From the human T2T-CHM13v2.0 reference genome, Homo sapiens, in the NCBI RefSeq assembly GCF_009914755.1, contig NC_060938.1: a stretch of DNA of 64,000 nucleotides, one strand, 5' to 3'. Every line of letters begins with the position of its first letter. Position 1 is the stretch's first letter. The notes under the pieces were generated by a model that was not told the origin of the DNA, ran no database searches, and saw nothing but the letters and a program-made list of their open reading frames with translations. This document shows, one piece after another, positions 52,888 to 64,000 of the stretch. The translations under genes and the position numbers were made by a program.

Positions 52888-55052
52888 TTTTAAAAAGAAT
52901 CCCATTTACAAAAAAATAAGTAAATAAATTTAGAAACAGCCTTTCCAGATTATAAAGTGAGTTACAGTTGATTTAACATAATAGAACTTTGTTATTTTAT
53001 GTGGGGAGAACTGACTGCATTTTTTTAAAAGAGGATTTTCCTCCTTATTAATAAGATTAAAAAATAATTTTAGTCTATGGCAGCAAGATTCTTCTGCACA
53101 TAATCTTGGGGACCAATTTTTTCCTCAATGCCTCAGGCAATGAATCCTTCAGCTCCTCCTTTTTCCTGGGTCACAGCAGCAGCAGAAGTGGGCGTGCGTG
53201 GAGCACTACCTATGGATAAGGCAGTTATTGCAACCAACCCGGCCTAGGGCCTGGGTCTGTATTCAGTGGGAGGACCTCCAGCATGTGAGAAAGATGCAGG
53301 GGCAAGACTTTCTACTGTGGACTCTTCTGAGCTTTCCAGAGTTTGGCTACAACCCTTGCTAGCCCAAAGAGAGGTGGAACATTATCAAAGCAAAAATCTC
53401 AGAAGTAATACCAATGAAATCTCTTCATAGGGTCATGGCCTATCATCCTCAAACCCTCTGCCTTTCTCCAGAGGGTCCCATACATCTAGAATGTAGACAT
53501 GCAGCTTTCTGTAATACTGCAAAAAGTAAGATTATTTTCTCTTCATTTTAGGGTCATTCCTAGGTTATATTAGTCACTATACAAATGTGAGACCTTTCAA
53601 AGTTTGCTATGAACTCATAGGCAATGATGAATTTAATTTGTATTAATGCACTTAGGTTGGAGCAAGTGGCATTTTAAAGCACATATTAATTCATTTAAAA
53701 CCACATAATTCACTGCAGCTCTATAATGTGCCAAGTGGAGCCTGGCCAACTGGCACCTCTATTCCTTCCAAATATGTTACCCATCTTGTGCCCTGTTTTT
53801 ATTTGATTATGTTATTAAACAAAATCTTTACTAATGACTGCATGGAAAAGAATGACTTAATCAATACAGTATTGTGGTCCACCCACTACGCAGTACTTTC
53901 TTGCTTGGGCTTAGAAATTACAAAAAGACATTTCAGTTAAATGAAACAAATGCCAGAGAAACCCTATTATGGTCATGCACCTTCAAAAGCAAAGTTGAAG
54001 TTGCACTCACAATATATTTGGGGATCCTGTAACCATTCCACACCATTATATGTTGCCATGGATTGATTTAGCTACATGACAAAATCCCAATTAAAATACA
54101 GTTTATAAAACTGTGGTTCTACTCCTTGTTTGTTTTACTTCAGAAACATTCTATCCATGGTTAGAAAGAAGCCATGACAGTGGTCTAGTCCTGAATTTCT
54201 ATCCATGGTGAGAAATCAGGCATAACCATGTTCTAACCCTGAATGTGATCTTAATGTTTTATACCACGGGCAAATCATTAACATATGGAAATAACCTTCC
54301 CAGCTGCTCTGTTATTTATTTATTTTTGAATCCTATAGGTTCTACTGCCTCTTGTCTATACCCCATCCTCACCTTTTCCTTGTATTCTCTCCCCATTTTA
54401 AAAAGATTCCTTTCTTTTCTTTCTTTCTTTTTTTTTTTTAAAAGATCTATTGGGGAAAAGAGACTTCATTCCGTGTTTCCACCCTGCTGTTCCGTTGGCC
54501 CAACATCCCCTTTCCAACCTCTAAATTAACCGTTCACTTTAAAGTTCAAGGCTGTTTCCCCTCCTCCCTGCTAGAGGAGGCAGTGGATACTTCACAGACC
54601 CTGGCTTCACACTCTCTGCTGGGCTCCCCACAAAGCAGCCTCTCACCATACCCCATCCTCAGGTTTCTCTTTTTAATAAAGTTTGTGGTGGGCTTATGCC
54701 TCTAAATCATTTTCACCCCTCAGAGCCATTTACCTTCCCTCTGTAACAACCAATATACTCGCTCCTTTCCCATCCTCTGGTGCTGATTTCTGCCCTAGTA
54801 CCCCACTCAGTAGGACAGAATGTGTTGTTTCTGGCTGTGGATAATATATTTCCATATCACTCTCAAAAACCACGGAATGAGCTCTGCAAGGCAACCGTTT
54901 TGTCCTCCCACTTCCACTCACGGTGAACAAAGCAGCAGTTTACATAAATAAAACCAATGAGAATCACAGGTTAATGAAAGGTTCAACACTTAAGAAAAAA
55001 AAAAAGGAATTATTTACATGACTTTTTACAAAACTGCCTACAGGGTATTCAG

Positions 55053-55185
55053 CAGTAGTTCCCAAAGGCTGACCCAGTGACCAGTCTGGGTTCGCTGCAT
55101 AAGAATCACCAGGGAGGTTGTTAAACATAAATATTGGTGGGACCCACCTCTAGAGTTTCTGATTCAGAAGTCTGGGGTTTGGGAG
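55053..55185. mobile_element. MER5A/B fragment
   Basis: gcataagaatcaccagggaggttgttaaa...cacctctagagtttctgattcag. Confidence 0.75.
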
Positions 55186-55544
55186 CCACCAATAGAGAGT
55201 GTAAATCAATCTCCACAGATTGAGTAAAAGCCCCATAAGTGCATATATAACAACACGTGGATGCCAAATTTTCAACTCATGTGAGTCTTCAGAATTCACC
55301 CATGATTAATATGTTTTGAGAGAAGTATGAAAAGATTTCTTAGTGCAAGTTAAGTCCTGATGGGGGGTGAGAAGGATGACAGCCAAAGTATGCATTGGCC
55401 TATCCACTCACCACTAGTCTTTAACTATATGTCTATGAGCAGATGTGAAAATGCCCCCCACCCCACTTTCTCCCATTCCCCAGCACCACCAGAAAACATG
55501 CTCTCCAGTTCTTTGAGGTATTTGACACGGGGTTTCTTTAAAAA

Positions 55545-55664
55545 TGTTTTTGTTTTAGAGATGGGGTGTTGCGATGTTGCCTAGGCTGCTCTCAAACTCC
55601 TGGCCTCAAGCAATCCTCCCTCAGCCCTCTGACTAGCTGGAACTACAGGCCCACTGCTGTACCT
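55545..55664 (-). mobile_element. FLAM-like Alu monomer
   Basis: tagagatggggtgttgcgatgttgcctaggctg...ctcctggcctcaagcaatcctccc. Confidence 0.85.
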
Positions 55665-56099
55665 TTGGGGCACTTTTAAAAAGATCAGTCCTTGTAGGAT
55701 TGGCAGTTTATGTAGTGTGCACCTGATTTATGCTCTGTTCAAAACTGAAAACAAAAATGATAAAAAATGATTCAGGGTGAAACAGAACAAACACCTCAGT
55801 CATTCTTTCTTCCTGAAGCACAATGGGCCATTTCCTTTCCTGGGATTAAAAATATGAAAGGGATATAAGCTACAACTCTCTCAGATTGTGACTTCCATAA
55901 ATCCTTGGGGTTTTCGAATGCCACTTTCTCCACACAGGTACAAACCTTGAAATGCCCATGTAGCAAAATTCCCCCCACCTAGGACCTTGCTTATTTGCAA
56001 CCATCAACTCATTCCAAGCAAGAGTATTCTTCTTAGGAAAGAACCACTGGACTCTGTCCTTCTCTGTAAAGACCTTCCTTTTCACATTGCATTCTAGGC

Positions 56100-56427
56100 T
56101 TGTGCTGTCTAATCCAGGGACCTCTAGCCCCATGTGGCTATGGAGCATTTGAAATGTGGCTTATTAGTCAATATTGAGATGTGCTCTAAGTGTAAAATAG
56201 GCAACAGATTTCAAAGACTTTGTATGAAAAACAAAAGAATGGAAAATATTCATAGTTTTTATGTTGATTAATATGTTGCTATGGTAATGTTTTGAACCTA
56301 TGAGGCTAAATAGGATTTATTATTAGAATTAATTTTACCTGTTTCATTTTTACTTCCTTAAATGTGGTCCTTAGAAACCTTAAGATTACATGTGTGTGGT
56401 GCATTTTGTTTCAATGAGCCAGCGCTG
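56100..56427 (-). mobile_element. MER33 (hAT-Charlie)
   Basis: tgtgctgtctaat...catgtggctatggagcatttgaaatgtggc...ttgagatgtgct...cagcgctg end, flanked by tctag. Confidence 0.88.
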
Positions 56428-56804
56428 CTCTAGATGGAGTCTGGGGTTTCACTTCCCATCTCAAAGCTTGTTCCACACACTCCCTCAGCACCCTCGATCC
56501 CTCTCCCCACTTAGTCCACCCACCTCTGCTCGAGGTACAGCTAATGGGAACCTTCTTACATTACCTACTTCTTTCCCAATCCAGTCACTGAAACTCCACC
56601 AGAGGCTTGTAATCTTTCGCCCACCATCCTGTCAAGTAATGTCTCCCTTTTTATCTTAACAGATTCTAAATTCCCACCTTTTTCATGAAATCTTCCCTTT
56701 TTCAATGAAGATGACACAATGAAGACTACCTATTATTCACTTTATAGACATTTCAGTTTGGCTATAGAACTATTGAGGTAATTATTTTGATTATTACCAA
56801 ATAC

Positions 56805-56900
56805 TCATTTCTTCAACAACATTCACTGGGCACCTCCTGAAGGCCAGGCACGGTGCTAGCTCTGGAGGATACCGAATAATGTCAGCACACAGCCCCAAAA
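56805..56900 (-). mobile_element. L2 3' end
   Basis: ttcaacaacattcactgggcacctcctgaaggccaggcacggtgctag. Confidence 0.7.
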
Positions 56901-57183
56901 CGATGCGTGGCACGAGGCCAGCAGGAACACAGACACTAAACCAAGGCTCTTCTGCCCAGAAGGATGCTCTACTTGCAAACACCTTGCTGAGGAAGGATTT
57001 GAATGCAGTGCTTACATAACACGTAAGTCTTGTAGCTTAGAAACTTGAAACTGCTTGACTGCATAGTAAACACTTCCCCCTCCCATACTTGTACCCTCAC
57101 TCAGGTTTCTTCACTAACCTGTAGACTCCATTTGTCTTTGTATTCCCCCCATTTTTGCTAACCCAGGATTAAACACCATGCTT

Positions 57184-57185
<2 letters not shown>

Positions 57186-57215
<30 letters not shown>
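57186..57215. repeat. (GT)15 microsatellite
   Basis: Perfect GT dinucleotide run. Confidence 0.98.
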
Positions 57216-57217
<2 letters not shown>

Positions 57218-57384
57218 ACTCATTTATTTTTCATAATAATGTGGATGCCATTATTGCTCCTATTTAAATATGAGGAAACTAAGGCACAGAGGAGATAACT
57301 TAATGAGGTCACATAGGTAATGAGTGGAGGAGTCAGGATTTGAACCCAGGCAGCCCAACTCTAGAGCCAAAGCTATTTACACAC
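57218..57384 (-). mobile_element. MIR
   Basis: atgaggaaactaaggcacagagg...aggtcaca...ggatttgaacccaggcag. Confidence 0.88.
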
Positions 57385-57399
57385 ACACAAACACCAAGG

Positions 57400-57655
57400 A
57401 CCATGCAAACTTGAAGCTGCCAAGGCTATCTAGTGCCAAATGAGACAAGCTCCCCCAAAATGAAGCCTATATAAGAAAAGGATAGCGGAGAAAAGGAGGG
57501 AGAGAGGGAGAAAGAGAGTGTATCAGAGAAATATAATTAAAGATTATTTTATTTGAACCGCTGGAGAGTATGAAGCCAGAAACTACCCTTTGGCCTTCCC
57601 ATTTATACAAGTGAATGAGGTCTTTTGTCATTTGTAGCCATAGGTTCTTAATGAG
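57400..57655 (+). mobile_element. Old MLT1 (K/L-like) fragment
   Basis: tttgaaccgctgga...gaagccagaaactaccc...tgtcatttgtagcca. Confidence 0.45.
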
Positions 57656-58094
57656 GGGTCCACTCACAATTATACACACAGCTCTGTTTGTGTATAAACA
57701 GAACTATAAAACAATATATACAGATGTCTCTGGGGAGGTTCTCAAAGGAGACCTTGATTCTACATAACTGCCATATGTACAGCTTCTTAGTCAAATATCC
57801 TCTGCTAAAATTAGCTGGGGACCCTTAGAACACATCACTTGTCATGCGGCTGGCCTCTGCTAACATTAGGTCTATCCCTGGTGACATATTTGCATGGAGC
57901 AGAATAAACTTTTTTCCTATATTAAGTGCCACAGTGCCTGGAATCTCGCCATAAAATATGTATCAATGATAATTTCTAACCATCTTTTAAAATACAAAGT
58001 GAGTTTGAAGCAAGCCTCTTGGCAATTCAACATGCTGAACTGAAAATGCATGTTTCTCTTAATGCTTTCTCCAAACTCTTCAAAAACGACAGTA

Positions 58095-58500
58095 TGTCAG
58101 TCCCCATTCTGCTTATCTTCAAATCAATTTCTTACTCCTGCCTTGTCCTACTCTGCTCTGTAATGTGAAGGGGCTGACCTCTGCAAGCCTGGTTTCCCAG
58201 ACTTCCCTGGGTTCAGCAAATAGGAGCACTGGTGAGTGGGATTCTGAAGGTAGGGAGAGAAGGGAGAAAGCAGAGGACTTCTCCCATCCCTCTCTACCTC
58301 AGGCAGGCAGTGGCTGCATCCTGAGGCTCCATCTCCCACTGGAGAGACCTACCATGATTCTAGCTCCCAGCAGGGTTATCAGGTCCTGGGCTCTGGCAAC
58401 ACCACCTTCTCCCTTTGTCCCTTCAGCCTGGGGTGGTGGTGCTATTACTAATCTCTAGGTCGCCTCACAGTCCTTTGCTGGCTCCTTAGCAATTCTGCAA
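58095..58500 (+). mobile_element. LTR41-like ERVL LTR, 3'-truncated
   Basis: ggggctgacctctgcaagcc...ggcagtggctgcatc...cccttcagcctgggg. Confidence 0.7.
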
Positions 58501-58699
58501 TCTGGACAGAATTGAGGCAGGGACACCATTCAACTCAATACAAAGCAATATAAGTATAATATTTAGAAATATCAAAGTGAATTACAACAGGATCAGCTAA
58601 AAGTCAAAGGTCCTTACCTCTGGAATTCCTTGCATTGACTTTGCATAGTTTCAAATACTCAGAGTGGGTGTATTCTCCTGATTGGGCCATGACTAACAC

Positions 58700-60240
58700 A
58701 GGCAACAAAAGAATAATAATTATCAATAAGCATAAACCCACAGGGACAAAGAGGGTGGAGCAGGAAGTAACAGTGAATGTACAATGTCAACTCATTTTTG
58801 CAAGATTTCGGATGGAGGAATGGTCACTGCCCTAACAGGGCAGAGAAGGCTGCACTCTAAGTACCTAAAGAAGGGATTGCCAGGAAAGACCCTGGGATAT
58901 CCCTGGGATGCCTCAGGCCTCGGAGGTACCAGATGACTTGAAAAGTGGGAATATGTAACTAGAAGCAAGAGCACTGCTTGAAAGTCCATATATGTTTTCT
59001 CTCCCACCTCACACTAAAGACCTGAGGCTTACTCTTTGGAGACTATAAGAACAGCTTCAGACTGGGAGCCACTAGGTACAGTGGAGGGTAGGAGAGTGGC
59101 CCCATACCAGAAACAAGAGGATGACGATAATATTTTCATCCTTAACAGTGGGACCCTCCCACACACACAATCTTGATTGAAAGATTCTTCATTGGAGAAA
59201 TAGTATCCCCAGAAAAGACATTTAAATCTTGATATTGGAAGAGAGATGAGAGAGGACCTAACAAAAAAGCCAAGTAATTTCCAAAATTCCACGTTCAACA
59301 AGCCCCACCACATTATCTGCTAAGAGTTTGACAATGTGGAAATAGTAGGGAAAAGGAACCTGAAGAAACATTTAGGAAGACATTGCAATTAACAATAGCC
59401 TTATAGAGAACTAAATAATGAAAATATGAGGCAATAATTAACTCCAGAAAAATAATCCTTGAGCACTACTTGGTTCAGCAGTGAACAATGTTTGTGTACT
59501 CAAAATAATGCAAACAATTGATTATGGATCAATAATGCGACAGATGTAAGAAGGGGAAATGGGGACAGTGTGTAATTCTAGACGTCATAAAAAACATTTA
59601 CAGTTGACAAATTAAGAAAGAGTGATGTATTAGTTTCCTAGGGCTGCATCACAAATTACCACAAACCCTGTGGCTTAAAACAACAAAAATTTATTCTTTC
59701 ACAGTTCAGAAGTCCAGAAGTCCAAAATCAAGGTGTCATCAGTGTTGGCTCCTCTTAAAGGCTCTGAAGGAGAATCTGGTCCATACCTCTCTCTGAGCTT
59801 CTGGGGATTGTCAGCAGTCCTTGGTATTCACAGTCTTGTAGCTGCAGAATTCTAATCTCTGCCATCAGAGAAGATGGCATCCGGCCATCTTTACAGCATG
59901 TCTCTTTCTGTGAGTCTCTTTCCTTGTTCTTAGAATACCAGTCATAGTGGACTTAGGGCACACTCTATTCCACATGACCACCTCTTAAGTTGAATAATCA
60001 CATCTGCGAAGACCCTGCTTCCAAATAAAGTCACCTTCTGAGGTTCTGGGAAGGATGTGAATTGGGGCAGGGACACTGTTCAACTCAATACAACCAGTAT
60101 ATGTATAATATTCAGAAATGTTGAAGTGAATTACAATGAAATCAGCTAAAAGTCAAAGGTCCTTGCCTCTGGAATGGGAACCGGTGGGTGGAGAGGACAT
60201 GGTAGGGGAATGATGTTCATGCTTATAAGGCTTGGAAAAG
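58700..60240 (+). mobile_element. HAL1-like LINE fossil interrupted by MLT1C
   Basis: cagtgaacaatgttt...taatgcaaac and cagctaaaag...ttgcctctgg...ggtagggga...ttataag resemble the HAL1 3' region. Confidence 0.5.
59626..60092 (-). mobile_element. MLT1C MaLR solo LTR
   Basis: tgtattagtttcctagggctg...ggcttaaaacaacaaaaatttatt...catctgcgaagaccctg...ggacactgttcaac. Confidence 0.9.
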
Positions 60241-60264
60241 ACATACCTATGGCACACTGACACC

Positions 60265-60951
60265 ATGTCCCTTCCTTCAGGCCAGCAGGAGTATCATATT
60301 TCTTCTCCTTCTGGTTGTTTAGGTGTGGTCAAGTGGCTAGTTCCTAATGATAGGTTGGGTGAAAAGGACACGTGTGGTCAGAGCTCTAACCACCAGGGTG
60401 AGACCGTTCAGCTCTATTCTTCCTGCCACAGGGATGGGGAAAGCACGTGTTCAAACAGAGCTTCTTTCAGTCTGAGCAGAGTGTCCCCTGGCTATGGTCT
60501 GAATGTTTGTGCCCCTGCCCCCCCAAATCCATATGGTGAAATCCAACCCCCCAAGGTGATGGCATCAGGAGTGGGGCCTTTAGGAGGTCATGAGGGTAGA
60601 GCCCTCAGGAATGGGATTAGTGCCCTTATATGAGAGACCGTGGAGTGATGCCTTGCTCTTTCTCCATGTGAGGACACAGCAAGAAGGCACCCTTTATGAA
60701 CCAGGAAACAGGCCGTTACCAGACATCAAACCTGCCAGCACCTTGAGCTTAGACATCTCAGCCTCCAGTATGGTGAGAAATAAATTTCTGTTGTCTATAA
60801 TTTACCCAGTTTATGATATTTTGTTATAGAAGCCTGGACAGATGAACATACCCAGTTGTATCAGACATGAAATCCTTGTTTTTGTAATCTGCTGAGATTT
60901 AAAGTTTGTTGATGTTACAGCCACATAACCTAGCCTGTCTTAATTGACACA
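60265..60951 (+). mobile_element. MLT1I/J-like LTR interrupted by MLT1A0
   Basis: 5' part tttaggtgtggtcaagtggctagttc; 3' part ctgagattt...gttacagccacataacctagcctgtcttaattgacaca. Confidence 0.65.
60490..60850 (+). mobile_element. MLT1A0 solo LTR
   Basis: gctatggtctgaatgtttgt...gggattagtgcccttata...gagaaataaatttctgttg. Confidence 0.9.
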
Positions 60952-62025
60952 AGGCTTGGAGTATTATTTGAATTTGATACAACATACATGTACTATTTTG
61001 ATAAATATTAAAATAAATAACATAAACCATAAACTGTAAGAGATAATATATGAAACCACTTAGCATTGGTGATTTTAGCAGGTCACTTTTTAAATGACAC
61101 AGTATTCCGAGAGTACTGGATTCTAAGTTGTGGCAGGCATTGTCAAAGTGGGGCATGGGATACATGAACCCAAACCTTACTTCACAATTTTTTTTAATTG
61201 GATTTTATTTTATTTTTTTACACTTTATTGTTTTATTCTGAATTTTAAAAAATTTAGTATAGAAAACTTAGAAAGCACAGAAAATCATAAAAATTACAGG
61301 AAAAATTACCACATTCAGAAATAACTATATTTCTAGGTATTATCAGCTAGGTAAAATTTCAATCAGCAGGGATGAGAGTGCAGGCAATTTTGGGAAAACA
61401 AAGGCAGAGAATTAAGAAAGATAGGATTGTATTCACGTAAGCTATTTAAATTAACTGGATCAAAAAGAAGTGGAAAGTAAATCTGAAAGATTAGATTGGA
61501 GGATTATCATCATAAATGGCCTTAAATGTGAGGGTGACTATTATTACTTAAGGAGAAGTATACTGAATTAATCCAAATATGGATATGGCTCATTTTCCAC
61601 AATATCTCATGTGCTGGAGTATGGCAAAATAAATGTGTCTACTTTTTGGAGTCAAGTCTTGTTTTGGGGTTCTATTTCTGCCTAATCTTTTTCTTGCTGA
61701 ATGAATAACAACAGGTTCTAAAAATTTACTTTCAAACTCCTCTTTAAAGTGGATTTTTAAAACTCTATAAATGATCAATACTATTCCCTGGGTATGAATT
61801 TGTTTCTATTTAGAAACACAGTCATCTCCTGTATAATGTGATGGTGAAGAGGTTCCCACATGTGAGTCTGCTCCTGCCTACTTGATGTCATCTCTCTGTT
61901 AGTGCCTAGGTGATAAATCCTATCAATCTTGCATATTCTACTTCTGTTGCAGTGTCAGTTGCCCATACTTGTGGCTTTCAGTTTACTCTATGATTGTGAA
62001 TCTTTATTCAACATACTTATCATTA

Positions 62026-62140
62026 TGCAGGTCAAATACCACCCAGTATCCAATTCCCCTCTCCTTCGGAGCACCTGGAAGGACTGTATCTTCCTCCCTG
62101 CTGAAGTTAGGCAAAGTCATGTGACTAACTCTAATGAATG
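62026..62140 (+). mobile_element. MLT1 5' fragment
   Basis: gaagttaggcaaagtcatgtgactaactct. Confidence 0.5.
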
Positions 62141-62293
62141 AATGCCATTTTAATGAAAATATTTATGTAACAAAAAAGATATAAAGCCCCAGTAACTTGT
62201 TATATCCATTTCAAGAAGTTTTCAATTCAATTCCAGTACAACAAAATGATACAGCTTTTGAAGTTCATTGTGATGAGATCTCAATTAGCTAAT

Positions 62294-62399
62294 CAGACTG
62301 TGAGCTCTCTGAGGGCAGAGCTATCCTGAAACCCACATGCACTAGATGCTCAATACACGTCTGTTGAATGGATGAATTAAACATTGAGTGAATGAGTGA
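62294..62399 (+). mobile_element. L2 3' end
   Basis: agactgtgagctctctgagggcag...tgctcaatacacgtctgttgaatggatgaa. Confidence 0.8.
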
Positions 62400-62662
62400 C
62401 CATAATTCTAATATTGTGTCTTGATTAAATCATTCTTATTTCTCCTCTATGTTCATTGGAACAGTTTACTAAGTTAGGAAATTACCCTCAAATGAAAAAG
62501 ATTATTTTCTCAGTGACATTAGCAACAATAATCTGGCTTCTCAAAGAAGGTTAACATGGAATCTAAGAAGGAAATCCCAGGGAGTTTTGCTTTCTGTTTC
62601 GGAACCTTGTAATAAAGATGGCCCAGGGGTGCGCATACCTTGCATTTGAATATAATTTGTGG

Positions 62663-62988
<326 letters not shown>

Positions 62989-63029
62989 CCTGGTTTTCTT
63001 CTTTCTCTTTGAGTTTAGTGATTTGAGGC

Positions 63030-63399
63030 TGTTACAAACTGAATGTTTGTGACCCTCCAGAATGTGTATGTTGAAGCCCTAACCCACAATGCAACGGTAT
63101 TTGGAAGTGAGGTCTTTGGGGGGTGATTAGGTTTAAATGAGGTCATGAGGGTCTTGCCCCCATGATGGGATTAATGGCTTTATAAGAAGAGGAAGAGACA
63201 ACAGAGCTTCCTCTCTCTGTCATGTAAGTATACAGCAAGAAGGAGGCCCTCTACAGTTAGGAAGAGGGCCCTCACCAAGAACTGAATCAGCCAAGACCTT
63301 AATCTTGGAATTCCTAGCCACCAAAACTGTAAATATGAATGTCTGTTGTTTAAGCCACCCAGTCTATAATATTTTGTTACAGCAGCTCCATCTAAGACA
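63030..63399 (+). mobile_element. MLT1A solo LTR
   Basis: TG...CA termini (tgttacaaactgaatg...ctaagaca) with a perfect 5-bp TSD gaggc (63025-63029, 63400-63404). Confidence 0.93.
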
Positions 63400-64000
63400 G
63401 AGGCCAAACTCCCATCTTCCCTACCTCTATTAGAAATGTAATATTATTTTTGCATGCCACAGTCACCTTCTCTTGCTTTCAGCAACCAGCCTAAGATTCT
63501 GCTGCCTTTTTAGGTAGAGTAAGTAACACATCCATCCAATGACCAGCCTGAATTATCAAATATTTCCTAATTGAGGCAGTAATGGTTTCTTTAACCACCA
63601 TTATTGCACAGCATTGTTGGCTGTTAGGCTCCAACCTAGGCATGGTGCTTTTGGGTTTCATATAGTGCAAATAAATGGAAATTTTCACTAGACTCCAAGA
63701 GCTTCCAATTTGAAAAAATAGAAAGTTCAGTAATTCAGCCACAGGTTTAACTTTTTAAAAATGCTCTAGATCATATTATACCCCACAAAGTTTTGTTATT
63801 TTTCTTTTTTTCCCTCTTGGTAATAGATTTAATACATTGCCCTGGCTTGCACTGACCATATTATGCCCCTGCAGTTTCCTGAAAATATGGCATTTTGCAT
63901 TGGCAAACAGTAATAGGAATAAATTCTTTAAGCACTATATAAAAAGCTTACTTGAAATTTTGAAGTCTCATACCAAAATGCTGACTATTAAATAGAGATT

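Overview
This is AT-rich primate DNA, almost certainly human, judged by AluS/AluJ, L1PA, MER1B and MADE1 elements. It appears intronic or intergenic. I cannot name the locus, and none of the six-frame ORFs is a recognisable cellular protein; the only protein-like ORFs are decayed L1 ORF2 C-termini and Alu-derived frames. Much of the window is interspersed repeat: Alus (several with target-site duplications, TSDs), three L1PA 3' fragments, old L1M/HAL1, many L2 and MIR fragments, MaLR/ERVL solo LTRs (MLT1A/A0/C/J-like, LTR33, LTR41) and DNA-transposon fossils (MADE1, Tigger3a, MER46C, MER1B, MER5A, MER20, MER33/MER3, MER97). I find no convincing previously undescribed biological system. The best leads are: a candidate + strand terminal coding exon with an acidic tail and polyA signal (16348-16550); a modified MADE1 (miR-548-type) hairpin; a twin-primed L1 insertion; an old local duplication spanning a TE junction; two L1PA copies sharing a premature stop; candidate minus-strand non-coding exons; and motif-dense enhancer/CTCF candidates. 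Repeat subfamily names come from recalled consensus sequences, and old-repeat boundaries are approximate.
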